Of a DNA stretch of 64,000 nt, positions 11,220-21,566 are shown one piece after another. This stretch comes from an uncultured Nitrospiraceae bacterium (GTDB lineage Bacteria; Nitrospirota; Nitrospiria; Nitrospirales; Nitrospiraceae). The notes under the pieces are model-generated. The model saw only the letters and a list, made by a program, of their open reading frames with translations. It did no database searches and was not told where the DNA came from. Numbering within the stretch: position 1 is the first letter of the stretch; every line of letters begins with the position of its first letter. The position numbers and the translations under genes were made by a program. The stretch spans positions 1 to 64,000 of the forward strand of contig CAVPLT010000006.1 in the NCBI GenBank assembly GCA_963706325.1, read 5' to 3'.

Positions 11220-12368
11220 ATGCCAGAAAATGCTCAGACAAAACTCACACTGGCCATGGTCACGCCATTCCCTGAAACGCCTGGGTTCATTAGAGGAGGC
11301 GTAGAAAGCGTGGCTTGCAATCTGGCCAATAGTTTGTGCCGGATTGCACCAATCGAGGTTCACATTCTCGCACCTGGCCGGGGGCGGACCTTGGTAACCG
11401 AACAAAGGGATGACATAACGATCCACTGGATTCCCAACTCTCGTCTACCAGGGTTTCTCGGGTATTGGAGTGCGTTTCGAATGGCCATTCACCGTCGCCT
11501 TCACGAAATTCAGCCTGACCTTACGCATTTCCAAGGGGTGGCGGGCTGGACGCTGTCCTACAATCGGCCGTATGTCCTTACCGTTCATGGCATCTCAGAA
11601 AATGATGCGCTTTTTTCACAGCGGGCATTTTCTAAATGCCGGAGCCTGCTAATTGGTTTCATCGAGAGGCGGGGTAGGCAGAACTCTCCAAACACAATTA
11701 TCATAAGCCCGTATGTCACAGAGCAATTGGCCGGTCAGATCAAAGGTCAATTGTGGCAAATTGAAAATCCTATTTCTCGAGAGCTATTTGAAATCGAAAG
11801 GAAACCATTCAAACCTCATGTTTTGTACGTTGGTCGTATTAGTAAACTAAAGAACGTCGGTGGGCTACTGCGCGCCTTTCGCAAAGTTTACGAGCAGATT
11901 CCCGATGCCCGCCTGCACCTGGCTGGAGGCGGAGACAACCCGACGGTGCAAACCTGCGAGAGTTATGTGAAACAATATGGGCTGGAACGGGCGGTAAAGT
12001 TCCTCGGTAGGGTCGACCGCGCTGCTCTTGGAAACGAACTCGCTCAAGCTGCTTGCCTTGCACTAGTGTCTCACCAGGAAACAGCACCAATGATAATCGC
12101 AGAGGCGATGGCGGCCGGCGTGCCGGTAGTCGCTTCAGATATAAACGGCATACCCTATATGATTGAAGAAGGCCAGACGGGATTCAGGGTGGATCAGAAC
12201 GACGCCTGCCATATCGCGACGAAACTCATCGATCTACTCCGTGATGTCCCTGGAAACCAAACCATGGGTAAGCGCTGTCGAGAAGTCGCACGCAGGCGGT
12301 TTCATACGGATGCGGTCGCCGCGCAAACCCTAAACGTTTATCGGCACATTCTAGATCACCCTACCTAG
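11220..12368 (+). CDS. Glycosyltransferase family 4
   Basis: GGVE; YVGRISKLK; ETAPMIIAEAMAAGVPVVAS. Confidence 0.9.
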   Translation: MPENAQTKLTLAMVTPFPETPGFIRGGVESVACNLANSLCRIAPIEVHILAPGRGRTLVTEQRDDITIHWIPNSRLPGFLGYWSAFRMAIHRRLHEIQPDLTHFQGVAGWTLSYNRPYVLTVHGISENDALFSQRAFSKCRSLLIGFIERRGRQNSPNTIIISPYVTEQLAGQIKGQLWQIENPISRELFEIERKPFKPHVLYVGRISKLKNVGGLLRAFRKVYEQIPDARLHLAGGGDNPTVQTCESYVKQYGLERAVKFLGRVDRAALGNELAQAACLALVSHQETAPMIIAEAMAAGVPVVASDINGIPYMIEEGQTGFRVDQNDACHIATKLIDLLRDVPGNQTMGKRCREVARRRFHTDAVAAQTLNVYRHILDHPT

Positions 12369-12390
12369 GAATGCCCTCCCTCTATTTCTC

Positions 12391-12849
12391 ATGCGTAACG
12401 TTTTAACTTGGTATCGCACAGCGCAGTGGCTCGATCGGTGCCGCATACCTCTTTTGCCGGATATCATCGACTATGCAATTCGTCTGGTATTTTCATGCTG
12501 GTTACCGCACAAAGTAACAGCAGGGAACAAACTGGTTTTTGGTTATGGCGGTTTAGGTGTCGTTATTCACTGTGATGTAGTGATTGGCGACAATGTTCAC
12601 ATAGATCAGGGAGTGACGGTTGGCGGTAATGGAACAGCCTATGGTGTGCCTCGAATCGAAAACAATGTATACATCGGTGCTGGAGCAAAAATTCTCGGCC
12701 CAATTCGGGTCGGCGAGGGTTCTGTAATCGGTGCCAATGCTGTCGTCGTTCACGACGTCCCGCCTCGTTCACTCGTTGTGGGGGTTCCTGCAAGGGTCAT
12801 TCGAAGCGACATCAACATTCAGACGTTTCTCTACCATCGAAGGCCTTGA
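12391..12849 (+). CDS. Hexapeptide-repeat O-acetyltransferase (CysE/WcaB-like)
   Basis: Left-handed beta-helix repeats: VYIGAGAKILG, VIGANAVVVHDVP, VVGVPAR. Confidence 0.85.
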   Translation: MRNVLTWYRTAQWLDRCRIPLLPDIIDYAIRLVFSCWLPHKVTAGNKLVFGYGGLGVVIHCDVVIGDNVHIDQGVTVGGNGTAYGVPRIENNVYIGAGAKILGPIRVGEGSVIGANAVVVHDVPPRSLVVGVPARVIRSDINIQTFLYHRRP

Positions 12850-12856
12850 GCCCGTT

Positions 12857-13918
12857 ATGCGCTTGCTATTAATAGGTCCTGTGCCGCCACCACTCGGCGG
12901 GACGACCGTTTTATTTCAACAGCTGGTTAAAGAAATCACCGCTATCCCCGATGTCACGGTCCTCATAATCAATACGTCGAGAAAAGGCAAAACGAGTGTC
13001 TTCATGAGTGCAGTACGCGCTATTCAAGTGTTTGTTCATACGGTCATAAAGGCCCCGCAAGTAGACATCATCTCCTTCCACGCCTCTATTCATGGAATGG
13101 TCTCGTTTGGTCCCGCCGTCTGGCTTATCTCTAAGGTCTTCGGGAAGCCATTCATTTTCCGAGGATTTGGCGGGTATCACGCGGACTGGCATAGGAATAC
13201 CGCATCGTTGATCAAATTTATTTTCAATAGGACCATTCTTCAAGCCGATACCGTACTCCTTGAGACCCGAGCTTCGATAGATTATTTCCGCTCGATTTCT
13301 AATAGCAAAGTCATGTGGTTTCCTAACGCTAGACCATCAGCAGTGTTTGATCCGGGGAGTCATGCATGCCAGCGTGAGGCAAGGCGGTTCGTTTTTGTTG
13401 GCCATGTCATTTCGGGAAAGGGAATTCACCAGATTATTGATGCAGGCGAGAAAATCACTGAAGACATTATCATAGACGTATATGGCCCATTACTGGATGA
13501 CATTACGAGTGAAGCATTCGTAGGAAAGCGGACAAGATATCGCGGCGTTATTGAACCAGATCAAGTTATTCAGACGATCAGTCAGTATGATGTGCTGTTG
13601 TTACCAACATATCTGGAAACAGAAGGCTATCCCGGGGTAATCCTAGAAGCATATAGTGCCGGGGTACCTGTGATAGCTTCTCGTATTGGCGCGATCGAGG
13701 AAATTGTTGATAGTTCATCTGGGATTCTGATTGAGCCCCGTTCTGTCGAACAATTGATAGGTGCCATGCGCATGCTGCTATCTTCGTCTCAACGGATGCA
13801 GGAATTACGGGTGGGGGCAGCTATTATGGTTCAGAAATTCTCGGCAGGAGTCTGGGCGGCAAAGTTCCTTGAGACTTGCCGTCGACTGTCCATGGGTACG
13901 AAAATCCATGAGAACTAA
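12857..13918 (+). CDS. Glycosyltransferase family 4
   Basis: GPVPPPLGG; EGYPGVILEAYSAGVPVIAS. Confidence 0.9.
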   Translation: MRLLLIGPVPPPLGGTTVLFQQLVKEITAIPDVTVLIINTSRKGKTSVFMSAVRAIQVFVHTVIKAPQVDIISFHASIHGMVSFGPAVWLISKVFGKPFIFRGFGGYHADWHRNTASLIKFIFNRTILQADTVLLETRASIDYFRSISNSKVMWFPNARPSAVFDPGSHACQREARRFVFVGHVISGKGIHQIIDAGEKITEDIIIDVYGPLLDDITSEAFVGKRTRYRGVIEPDQVIQTISQYDVLLLPTYLETEGYPGVILEAYSAGVPVIASRIGAIEEIVDSSSGILIEPRSVEQLIGAMRMLLSSSQRMQELRVGAAIMVQKFSAGVWAAKFLETCRRLSMGTKIHEN

Positions 13919-14053
13919 TTTGGACGTTCGATAATTCAATGGCACAAACCATTGCCTCACAGTTGTCAAACCTCAATGCATTGTTCAATTCTCAACCATG
14001 AAACATTGCGGCAATATGCTTGCAGCGAAAAGGTAGCGTAGCCTGCGCTCGGC

Positions 14054-15746
14054 ATGAACCACCTACCTCTATATGCCAGGACTCTGTCTTCGCTTAAAGC
14101 CTCCCAAGTCGCCTATTTAGTTCTTCGACGATTTCTTCCCACAAGAAAATTCAGGCTTCTCAAAGTTGAACCTCGGCCTCGTCATGGAATCCGGATGTAT
14201 TCAGGATGTCCCTCCGTTACCCGTTTTCTTGGAGAGCATACTTTCTGTTTCTTGAATCGGACTAAGGTCTTCCCAAATGGACAAGTGGACTGGTCCTGCC
14301 GAGAAATGCCCAAGTTGTGGCGCTATAACCTGCACTATTTTGACTATCTCCTCGATCCAGCCACTTCGATTGAATATAAGTGTCATCTTATCGCGGATTG
14401 GATAATGCACAACCCGCCGTGCACGGAGGATGCTTGGGAACCGTACACAGTTTCTTTGCGGATCGTGAATTGGATACAATTTTTCATTAACAACCAAGGC
14501 TGTATTCGAGAAGAATGGTTGGAGAGCCTCTATCAGCATGCGCGTTGGCTCGAGAACAATCTCGAGTCCCACCTTCTTGCCAATCATTACCTTAAAAATG
14601 GAGTCGCGATTTTCTTCGTCGGCGCATTCTTGGAGGGCGCCGATGCCCACCGATGGCTAAAGAAAGGCCGTAAGATTCTGCGTGAGGAACTGGAGGAACA
14701 GTTCCTTTCCGATGGCGGCCATTTTGAGCGAAGTCCCATGTACCATTCGATTTGCGTCCTGGATTATTTGAATGTCCTCAATCTCATGACTCGCATCCAG
14801 CAGGTCATACCTTTACGTGAGATCGATTGTTTCACGACTCCGAATCAATCAGGCAGTAGAGTTCTTGGCGGACATTTGTCTGCCTGACGGCGAAATCCCC
14901 CTTTTCAACGATTCAGCATTTGGGATTGCTCAACCTCCTGCGGTTATCTTCGAGTATGCCCGCAAGGTAATTAATTATGGAAGGCAGAGATTCCAACAAA
15001 GCAAGTAGCAGGGGAGAAGCCTGAGAGTGGATACTATGTGATGCGCCACCTTAACGATATGATGGTAATTGATTGTGGTGCGATTGGACCAGACTATCAA
15101 CCCGGGCATGCCCACTGCGACACCTTGAGTTATGAATTGGCAATCGACGGACGGCGCGTGATCGTGGACAGCGGTGTGCACGACTATGAGCCGACTCAGC
15201 ACCGCGCTTATGCCCGAAGTACGCCAGCACATAATACGGTTGTTATCGACGGCCAGGAGCAATCTGAGATGTGGGGCGTTTTTCGCGTGGCGAGGCGGGC
15301 GAGACCGTTGCCTGCATATGTGAGGCAAGAAACCGACGGCCGCCTGTTTTTGAGGGAGCGCATGCTGGCTATCGAAGATTGTCAAATCGGCTCGTTCACC
15401 GGAGACAGATCACCTCCGATGGCGGGCCGAATGGGAAATCACCGACCATGTTGAAGGAGCGGGAACGCATTTCATAGATAGCTACATCCACCTACATCCT
15501 GATTTCAAGAGCGTTCAAAATGGTATTCACATTCATGTCATAGATGCCTCTGGTCTATCAATTGTTAAAATCGAAGTAATGAACAATGCGCAGATCAGAT
15601 TCGAGACCGGCCGTTATTTTCCAGAGTTCGGTATAGAACTGAAAACCGATGTGATTGTCTTCAGTTGCTCGGGGCACGCCCCGTTGACTCTCGCCTATCG
15701 CATCATCAAAGTCAGTCCTCGGCCCGTGCTCTCTTGCAAGAGTTAG
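14054..15746 (+). CDS. Heparinase II/III-family protein (several frameshifts)
   Basis: KLWRYNLHYFDYL, LESHLLANHY, DGGHFERSPMYH, PDGEIPLFNDS, GHAHCDTLSYEL, RSTPAHNT, SYIHLHP spread across frames; TAG at 15744-15746. Confidence 0.85.
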
Positions 15747-15753
15747 GAGCCTC

Positions 15754-16978
15754 GTGCACATACTGTTTTTGTCCCATTATTTCCCTCCGGAGGTTAACGC
15801 ACCCGCCTCTCGCACCTTTGAGCACTGTCGTCAGTGGGTCAGGGATGGACATCAGGTCATGGTCGTCACGTGTGCACCCAACCATCCGCGTGGCAAGGTC
15901 TATGCGGGATATGCGAATGCCCCATGGGCACGGGAGCAAAAAGACGGCATCGACGTCGTGCGTGTGTGGACCTATGTGACTCCCAATGAAGGTTTTCTCA
16001 GACGGACTCTCAACTACGTCTCCTACCTGATCGCGGCGGTCCTAGCCGCGCCGCTGCTCCCCAGAGTGGATATCGTTATCTCTACGTCGCCTCAATTCTT
16101 CAATGGGTTGGCTGGTTATTTCGTCAGTCGCATAAAAAAGGGTCCCGTGGGTCCTGGAGATTCGCGATTTGTGGCCCGAATCTATTCTTGACGGTCGGAG
16201 CGATCAAAAGCCGTGCGATCATAAGCACTTTGGAATGGCTTGAACTCTTTGCCTACCGTAAAGCCGATCGGATCGTGCCCGTGACGGATTCATTTCAACG
16301 ATACATGGAGGAGAAGGGGATTCCCAAAGCTAAGATTGCGGTAATCAAGAATGGTGCTGACCTGTCCCTCTATCAACCGCTTGCCGGTAAGAATACATTG
16401 GCCGAGTCTTGGGGTTGGAAGGAAAATTTGTGGCGGCCTATTTTGGAACCCACGGGATGGCCCATCATCTTGAAACTATCCTTGATGCTGCACAGCGTCT
16501 GCGCGACCATTCGGAGATTGTGTTGCTTGCTCGCCGGCGAGGGTCGGAGCGGCAGAGGCTTACTGACAATCCGGCATACACTCGCACTTTCAAATGTTCT
16601 CATGCTTGATCAACAGCCCAAGGAGCGGATGCCTGGCTTTGGTCACTTTCATCAGGGTGAGCTTGATTGTGCTGCGGAAATCCAGCGCTGTTCACCACGG
16701 TCATTCCATCTAAATTGTTCGAGAGCATGGCGATGAAAAAGCCGATCATCCTTGGCGTCGAGGGAGAAAGCGCAGAAATTCTTCACTCCGCGCGAGCTGG
16801 TTATTGTATCGAACCTGAAAACTCGGAGGAACTTGCTACGCGCCTGTTAGACCTTCACGCCGACAGGGCATTATGCAGCCGGTTTGGCGCTAATGGCCGC
16901 GCTCACGTCATAGCCCACTATGACCGCGTGAAATTAGCAAAACGCTTCGAGCAATTACTTGTCGCAGCCGGCACGTAA
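15754..16978 (+). CDS. WbuB-like GT4 glycosyltransferase (several frameshifts)
   Basis: ILFLSHYFPPE, APNHPRG, STSPQFF, EIRDLWPES, YFGTHGMAHHL, IPSKLFESMAM in successive frames. Confidence 0.85.
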
Positions 16979-17126
16979 AATCCTCGTTAGTTCCGGTGGT
17001 CGCATTACTCAATCCCTTTAGACGGCCCACCTAGCAATCTTAACCACCAGGTATGCAGCACTCAGCGGTTAAATCCGCCAAAGGAGGTCCATTCGGCCCT
17101 AGCGCTGTCAGCCAAGTGGCTTGCTG

Positions 17127-17175
17127 TGTCTCATCTTGACGCATGATTCGTTGCTGACTGTATCATTATGAGTCA
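17127..17175. promoter_or_regulatory. Two dyads, TGTCTCA-tct-TGACGCA and TGTATCA-tta-TGAGTCA, 32 bp apart
   Basis: Sites at 17127-17143 and 17159-17175, upstream of an AT-rich tract and the VPLPA-CTERM gene. Confidence 0.45.
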
Positions 17176-17242
17176 CTTTGAATGGAATTCCATACAGTCT
17201 AAAACATACGTATTTGTTTTTTTGAAAAGTTTTAAAAAAGTC

Positions 17243-17271
17243 TTGCGCTATCCCCCGCTTTTCAGTAGGCT
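17243..17271 (+). promoter_or_regulatory. Putative sigma70 promoter TTGCGC-N17-TAGGCT with AT-rich UP-like element
   Basis: 17-bp spacing, A/T tracts at about 17213-17240, upstream of GGAGG and ATG 17358. Confidence 0.5.
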
Positions 17272-17357
17272 CCGTAAAAGTTATTTTTAACTGATGAGAA
17301 CCGTGCGCGTGTCGAAACTAAGTAGCCGGTTTTCAAATTCGGGTTGGAGGGAATACC

Positions 17358-18050
17358 ATGATAAAGATCAGACGAAGGAAGGCACTAAAGACGATTGGAC
17401 TTGGAGCTGGCGTGCTCTGTGCGCTTCTCGTAGCTTCGGGTCGTAGCGAGGCAGCGCCCATCACCTTCAATTTCGAGGGCTCAGTTGCGAATGTTGTAGG
17501 AGGCGTATTTACCTCTGGGGGAGCCGGTGCAAATGGATTCAGTGCATCCCTTCCGCTCTCGGGTAGCTATACCATCAACTCAAGCACGCCCGACAGCAGG
17601 CCCGGCAATGCAGATATAGGCAGATATAATAATACGCTTCAGAATTTGACCGTGAACGTCGGAACCTATCAGGCCACTTTCTCCCCGGGCACAAGCTTTA
17701 TCCGGGTTACCAACGGTGGTCCCGTTGGCGATAGGTATGAATTGGTAGCGAATGGATTGCTTGGCAATGCTGTGAATGGCTTCACTCCGGCCACCTTTCG
17801 CCTTCAGGCAACTGACCCTACCGGCCATGCCTTCAGCAGTGACTCGCTCCCGACGACAGCCCCCAGCCTCTCCTCATTTGCGTCGGTTCAGTGGCGTCTG
17901 GTTTTCGATGGAGCCGGCAGGAGAGTGCAGGGAGCATTCACCTCGCTCGTTCCATTGCCTGCAGCCGTCTGGCTCTTCGGTGCTGGGCTGATCGCCCTGG
18001 TGGGACTAGGATCGCGAGGACTGACATCACGCAAAGATTCAGAAGCCTGA
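17358..18050 (+). CDS. VPLPA-CTERM sorting-signal surface protein
   Basis: Signal peptide; Gly/Ser/Thr/Asn-rich body; C-terminal VPLPAAVWLFGAGLIALVGLG plus basic tail. Confidence 0.92.
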   Translation: MIKIRRRKALKTIGLGAGVLCALLVASGRSEAAPITFNFEGSVANVVGGVFTSGGAGANGFSASLPLSGSYTINSSTPDSRPGNADIGRYNNTLQNLTVNVGTYQATFSPGTSFIRVTNGGPVGDRYELVANGLLGNAVNGFTPATFRLQATDPTGHAFSSDSLPTTAPSLSSFASVQWRLVFDGAGRRVQGAFTSLVPLPAAVWLFGAGLIALVGLGSRGLTSRKDSEA

Positions 18051-18166
18051 CATGGACCGAGAACCGATCGGGCTCGATCGGGGACGGAGAACAAGAGCGT
18101 TGGTCAGCAACCAGTTAGCGTACATCCACACGGCACTCTAACGATTCAAGCCAATCGTCCCTTCTT

Positions 18167-18194
18167 GTCCTCTCCCCCGGCCGGGGGAGAGGAC
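18167..18194. repeat. Perfect 28-bp palindrome overlapping the xrtD ribosome-binding site
   Basis: GTCCTCTCCCCCGG followed directly by CCGGGGGAGAGGAC. Confidence 0.9.
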
Positions 18195-18198
18195 TAAC

Positions 18199-19771
18199 AT
18201 ACATTCCAAGTACTCAGTGGTGGTTATCGGATTACTGGCTGTGGCCTTCTTAGGCTACATGTATGCCGATAGCCTTCGCTTTATGGTCGAGCCAGTGGGG
18301 GAGTGACGACTACAGCCATGGCTTCTTTGTCCCGATTATCAGCCTATTTCTCATTTGGCAAAGGCGACATCGAGTCAGTAGAGCAGGGATACGTCCATCC
18401 TGGTGTGGGCCTGGTATCGTTCTTGTCGGTTTATTGCTCTATGTGTTCGGGGACTATGCCACGCTCTACATGGTGCTGCATCTGTCCCTGTGGATCGTGA
18501 TTGTCGGGCCTGGTCCTCTCATTCATCGGACCTGTGCCGCGCGGGAGATCGCCTTCCCATTCTCATATCTGTTGACCGGCATTCCGCTGCCGGTCTTTTT
18601 CTATAGCGCTCTATCAGGCCAGCTTCAGTTGTGGTCATCGGTCTTGGGAGTCGGCTGCCTGCAATTTGTCGGGGTCACGGCCTTTCGCGAAGGCAATATC
18701 ATCGATCTCGGTCCGGTGCAACTCCAGGTCGCCGAAGCCTGCAGCGGCATCCGGTATCTCTTTCCACTCACGTCCCTTGCGCTCTTGTGCGCGTATCTCT
18801 TCCGGGACCGGACGTGGAAGCGGATCCTATTGGTCCTGTCAGCCTTGCCGATTTCCGTGCTGGTCAACGGGCTTCGCATCGGAATCGTGGGAATTTTGGT
18901 CGAATATTACGGACCTCAAGCGGCCGAGGGCTTTTTGCATCTGTTCGAAGGTTGGGTCCTATTTATGGCCACCTTGGGACTGCTGATTCTGGAAATGTGG
19001 TTTCTATCCACGGTACATCGGTTGCCCGACGCCGGGACATTCGGGGATCGGTTCACGTGGCTGGAGAACTTGGAACTGGAAAAAACACAACCTTCGTCGG
19101 CTCATTCAGCCATAGCAGGAAAACAAGCATCTCCGGCGTATTTCTGCAGCGTAGCCCTCTTGATTCCATTCGCCGCCCTCTCCTGGATGATCGGGGAGAG
19201 ACAGGATATTCCTCCAGCTCGACCGGCTTTTATAGATTTTTCCATGAATATTGGAAACTGGCTGGGAAGCCCGCTGACAATGGAACAGCAGTATATCTCC
19301 GCACTGCGGTTCGATGATTATCTGCTGGCCGACTATGTCTCCGCTGATGGAGCTTCGATTAATGTGTACACGGCCTATTACCGCTCGCAGAAAAAAGGGC
19401 AATCCGCACATTCCCCGCAGAGTTGCATCCCGGGAGGCGGTTGGGAAATCACCTCGCATCAAACTATCCATTTACCTTTTGGCATTGACCCAGGCTTGGT
19501 CTATCCCGTCAATCGGATCCTCATCCAAAAGGACGGCCAGAAACAGTTGATAATCTATTGGTTTAAACAACGGGAACGACTCCTCTCAAGCGAGTATCTC
19601 GTAAAAATGTTTCTTTTCTGGGATGCGTTGACGAAAGGCCGGAGCGACGGCGCGTTGATTCGCCTGGCTGCTGCGGTTGGGCCTGGGCAACGTGAAGAGG
19701 ACGTTGAACGGCGGATGACTGAATTTGCCCGGCTGATTCAACCTGAACTGGCACGATATGTCCCGGATTGA
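18199..19771 (+). CDS. xrtD: Exosortase D fused to an EpsI domain (indels near 18290 and about 18510-18535)
   Basis: DYSHG, REGNIIDLG, VAEACSGIRY (catalytic Cys), NGLRI, FLHLFEG; EpsI motifs HSPQSCIPGGGW and GRSDGALIR; adjacent VPLPA-CTERM gene. Start uncertain (ATA 18199 or GTG 18217). Confidence 0.88.
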
Positions 19772-19774
19772 CCC

Positions 19775-21394
19775 ATGACCACCGCCGTCTTTTTCAGCTT
19801 CATCACGTCGCTCTTCCTATGCATGGCATTGGTCCCACCGCTGCAGCTCGCCGCGGGACGACTCCGGTTCATGGATGTGCCGGGTGGGCGCAAAGTCCAT
19901 ACCGGCCCTATCCCACGCATCGGCGGCATCGCCTTCGGGTCTGCCGCGCTCCTGTCCATTGTCTTCTGGATACCTCCGGACTCGGTCGTGGCGCCTATTC
20001 TCCTCAGTACTTTGGTGATTCTGGGATTTGGAATATGGGACGATCGAGCGGGGCTCAATTATAAGACCAAACTGGCCGGACAGTTGATTGCGGTGTTCAT
20101 CGTCGTCGTCGTTGGCGGTGTTCGATTGGACCAGTTGCCGTTCCTATTTGAGGTCGACACGCCGATTTGGCTCAGCATTCCCGTGACGATGCTCTTTCTG
20201 ATTGGGGCCACCAATGCCGTCAATCTGTCTGATGGCCTCGACGGTCTGGCCGGTGGACTGTCCTTCCTGAGTTTCGCCGGTCTTGCCTATCTGGCATATC
20301 TTTCTCACGATGCAACTGTGCTCGTTTTTGCCGCAGGTTTCCTTGGCGGCCTCTTAGGATTTCTTCGATACAACACCTATCCGGCTCGAATCTTCATGGG
20401 AGACGCGGGAAGCCAATTGCTCGGCCTCTTCATGGGCATTCTTGTCATCTTGTTGAGTGATCCGTCGCGCGCCCCATTCAGCCTGAGCGTAGGCCTCTTG
20501 ATACTGGGGTTGCCGTTTCTGGATACGATCGCTGTCATGGGACATAGATTGGCGAAGGGAGGGTCACCCTTTATCGGCGATCGAAACCATGTGCACCATA
20601 AACTCCTGGCAATAGGCTTTTCTCACCATGAGGCGGTCATCGTCATTTACGCGATCCAGGCGGTGATGGTCGGACTTGGTTATCTGTTGAGGTGGCAATC
20701 GGATGTCTTGATCCTCGCCATCTATTCTGCATTTGCGGTCGCTATGTTTGCACTCTTTCTAGCGACAGAACGCGGCGTTGTTCTCCCGCCTGAAGGAAGG
20801 GTGCTGTCGGATACGAAACTGGTCCGGATGGGCTCTTGGCTCAGTGACATGGCCCCGCGGTATCTGGCCGTCGTCGTCCCTCTGTTCCTGATCATGACTG
20901 TGTTTCTGCCAGGACATGTGCCGATGGACGTTGGATATGCAGCGATCAGTCTATTCGCTGTGGTTGTCGCCGGCCTCTGGCTGGTTCCGCAACACAAACC
21001 CCTCTTTGTGCGATGCGGGCTCTACGTCGGAACGGCCTTTCTCATGTATATAAGCGAGCAGGTGAAGATTCCCAATATCTGGCCTATTTATGTCACCCAA
21101 AACGTGATGCTCGCTTTTATCGCAGTCCTGGTCCTACTCAGCATGCGATTCAGCCGCGGCAATCGTTTTCAAACCACACCGTTGGATTACCTGATGGTGT
21201 TCTTTGCCCTGATCATCCCCTTGCTACCAGAAATGCGCGCGGACATGCCGACTCTCAGTATCCTGGCAGGTAAATTAATCGTGCTCTATTTTTCCTTCGA
21301 ATTACTCCTCAACACCTTTTCCGACCGTGTGAAACAATTGGGGTTCGTATCACTATGGATATTGTTTGGATTGGGTGTGCGGGCGTGGATGTGA
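19775..21394 (+). CDS. WecA/TagO-family undecaprenyl-phosphate HexNAc-1-phosphate transferase with C-terminal membrane extension
   Basis: RKVHTGPIPRIGG, GIWDD, NLSDGLDGLA, IFMGDAGS, DRNHVHHKL. Confidence 0.9.
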   Translation: MTTAVFFSFITSLFLCMALVPPLQLAAGRLRFMDVPGGRKVHTGPIPRIGGIAFGSAALLSIVFWIPPDSVVAPILLSTLVILGFGIWDDRAGLNYKTKLAGQLIAVFIVVVVGGVRLDQLPFLFEVDTPIWLSIPVTMLFLIGATNAVNLSDGLDGLAGGLSFLSFAGLAYLAYLSHDATVLVFAAGFLGGLLGFLRYNTYPARIFMGDAGSQLLGLFMGILVILLSDPSRAPFSLSVGLLILGLPFLDTIAVMGHRLAKGGSPFIGDRNHVHHKLLAIGFSHHEAVIVIYAIQAVMVGLGYLLRWQSDVLILAIYSAFAVAMFALFLATERGVVLPPEGRVLSDTKLVRMGSWLSDMAPRYLAVVVPLFLIMTVFLPGHVPMDVGYAAISLFAVVVAGLWLVPQHKPLFVRCGLYVGTAFLMYISEQVKIPNIWPIYVTQNVMLAFIAVLVLLSMRFSRGNRFQTTPLDYLMVFFALIIPLLPEMRADMPTLSILAGKLIVLYFSFELLLNTFSDRVKQLGFVSLWILFGLGVRAWM

Positions 21395-21406
21395 CGTCGG
21401 TCGAAG

Positions 21407-21440
21407 AATGATGAGTGAGAATTATGAATGATGAATTGCG
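21407..21440. repeat. Short degenerate heptamer repeat (GAATGAT-like)
   Basis: gaatgat gagtgag aattat gaatgat gaattgc ggaa. Confidence 0.45.
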
Positions 21441-21566
21441 GAACAGAGGGTATTGACTGCGGCATGGACATTAGTGACAGGATGTACTGATACGGTCTTG
21501 TAACATAAAGAGAGTATTGTAGCTGACTCGTTACCGCACTAAACCAATGATCCACTTTAAAAAAGA

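Noticed and set aside
13940..13955. TGGCAC..TTGC sigma54-like promoter before the heparinase-like gene
   Set aside because: GG-to-GC spacing is 11 nt rather than the required 10.
14031..14041. GGTAGCGT resembling an ops/JUMPStart element
   Set aside because: Lacks the GGCG 5' part, is a single short match and is not at the operon head.
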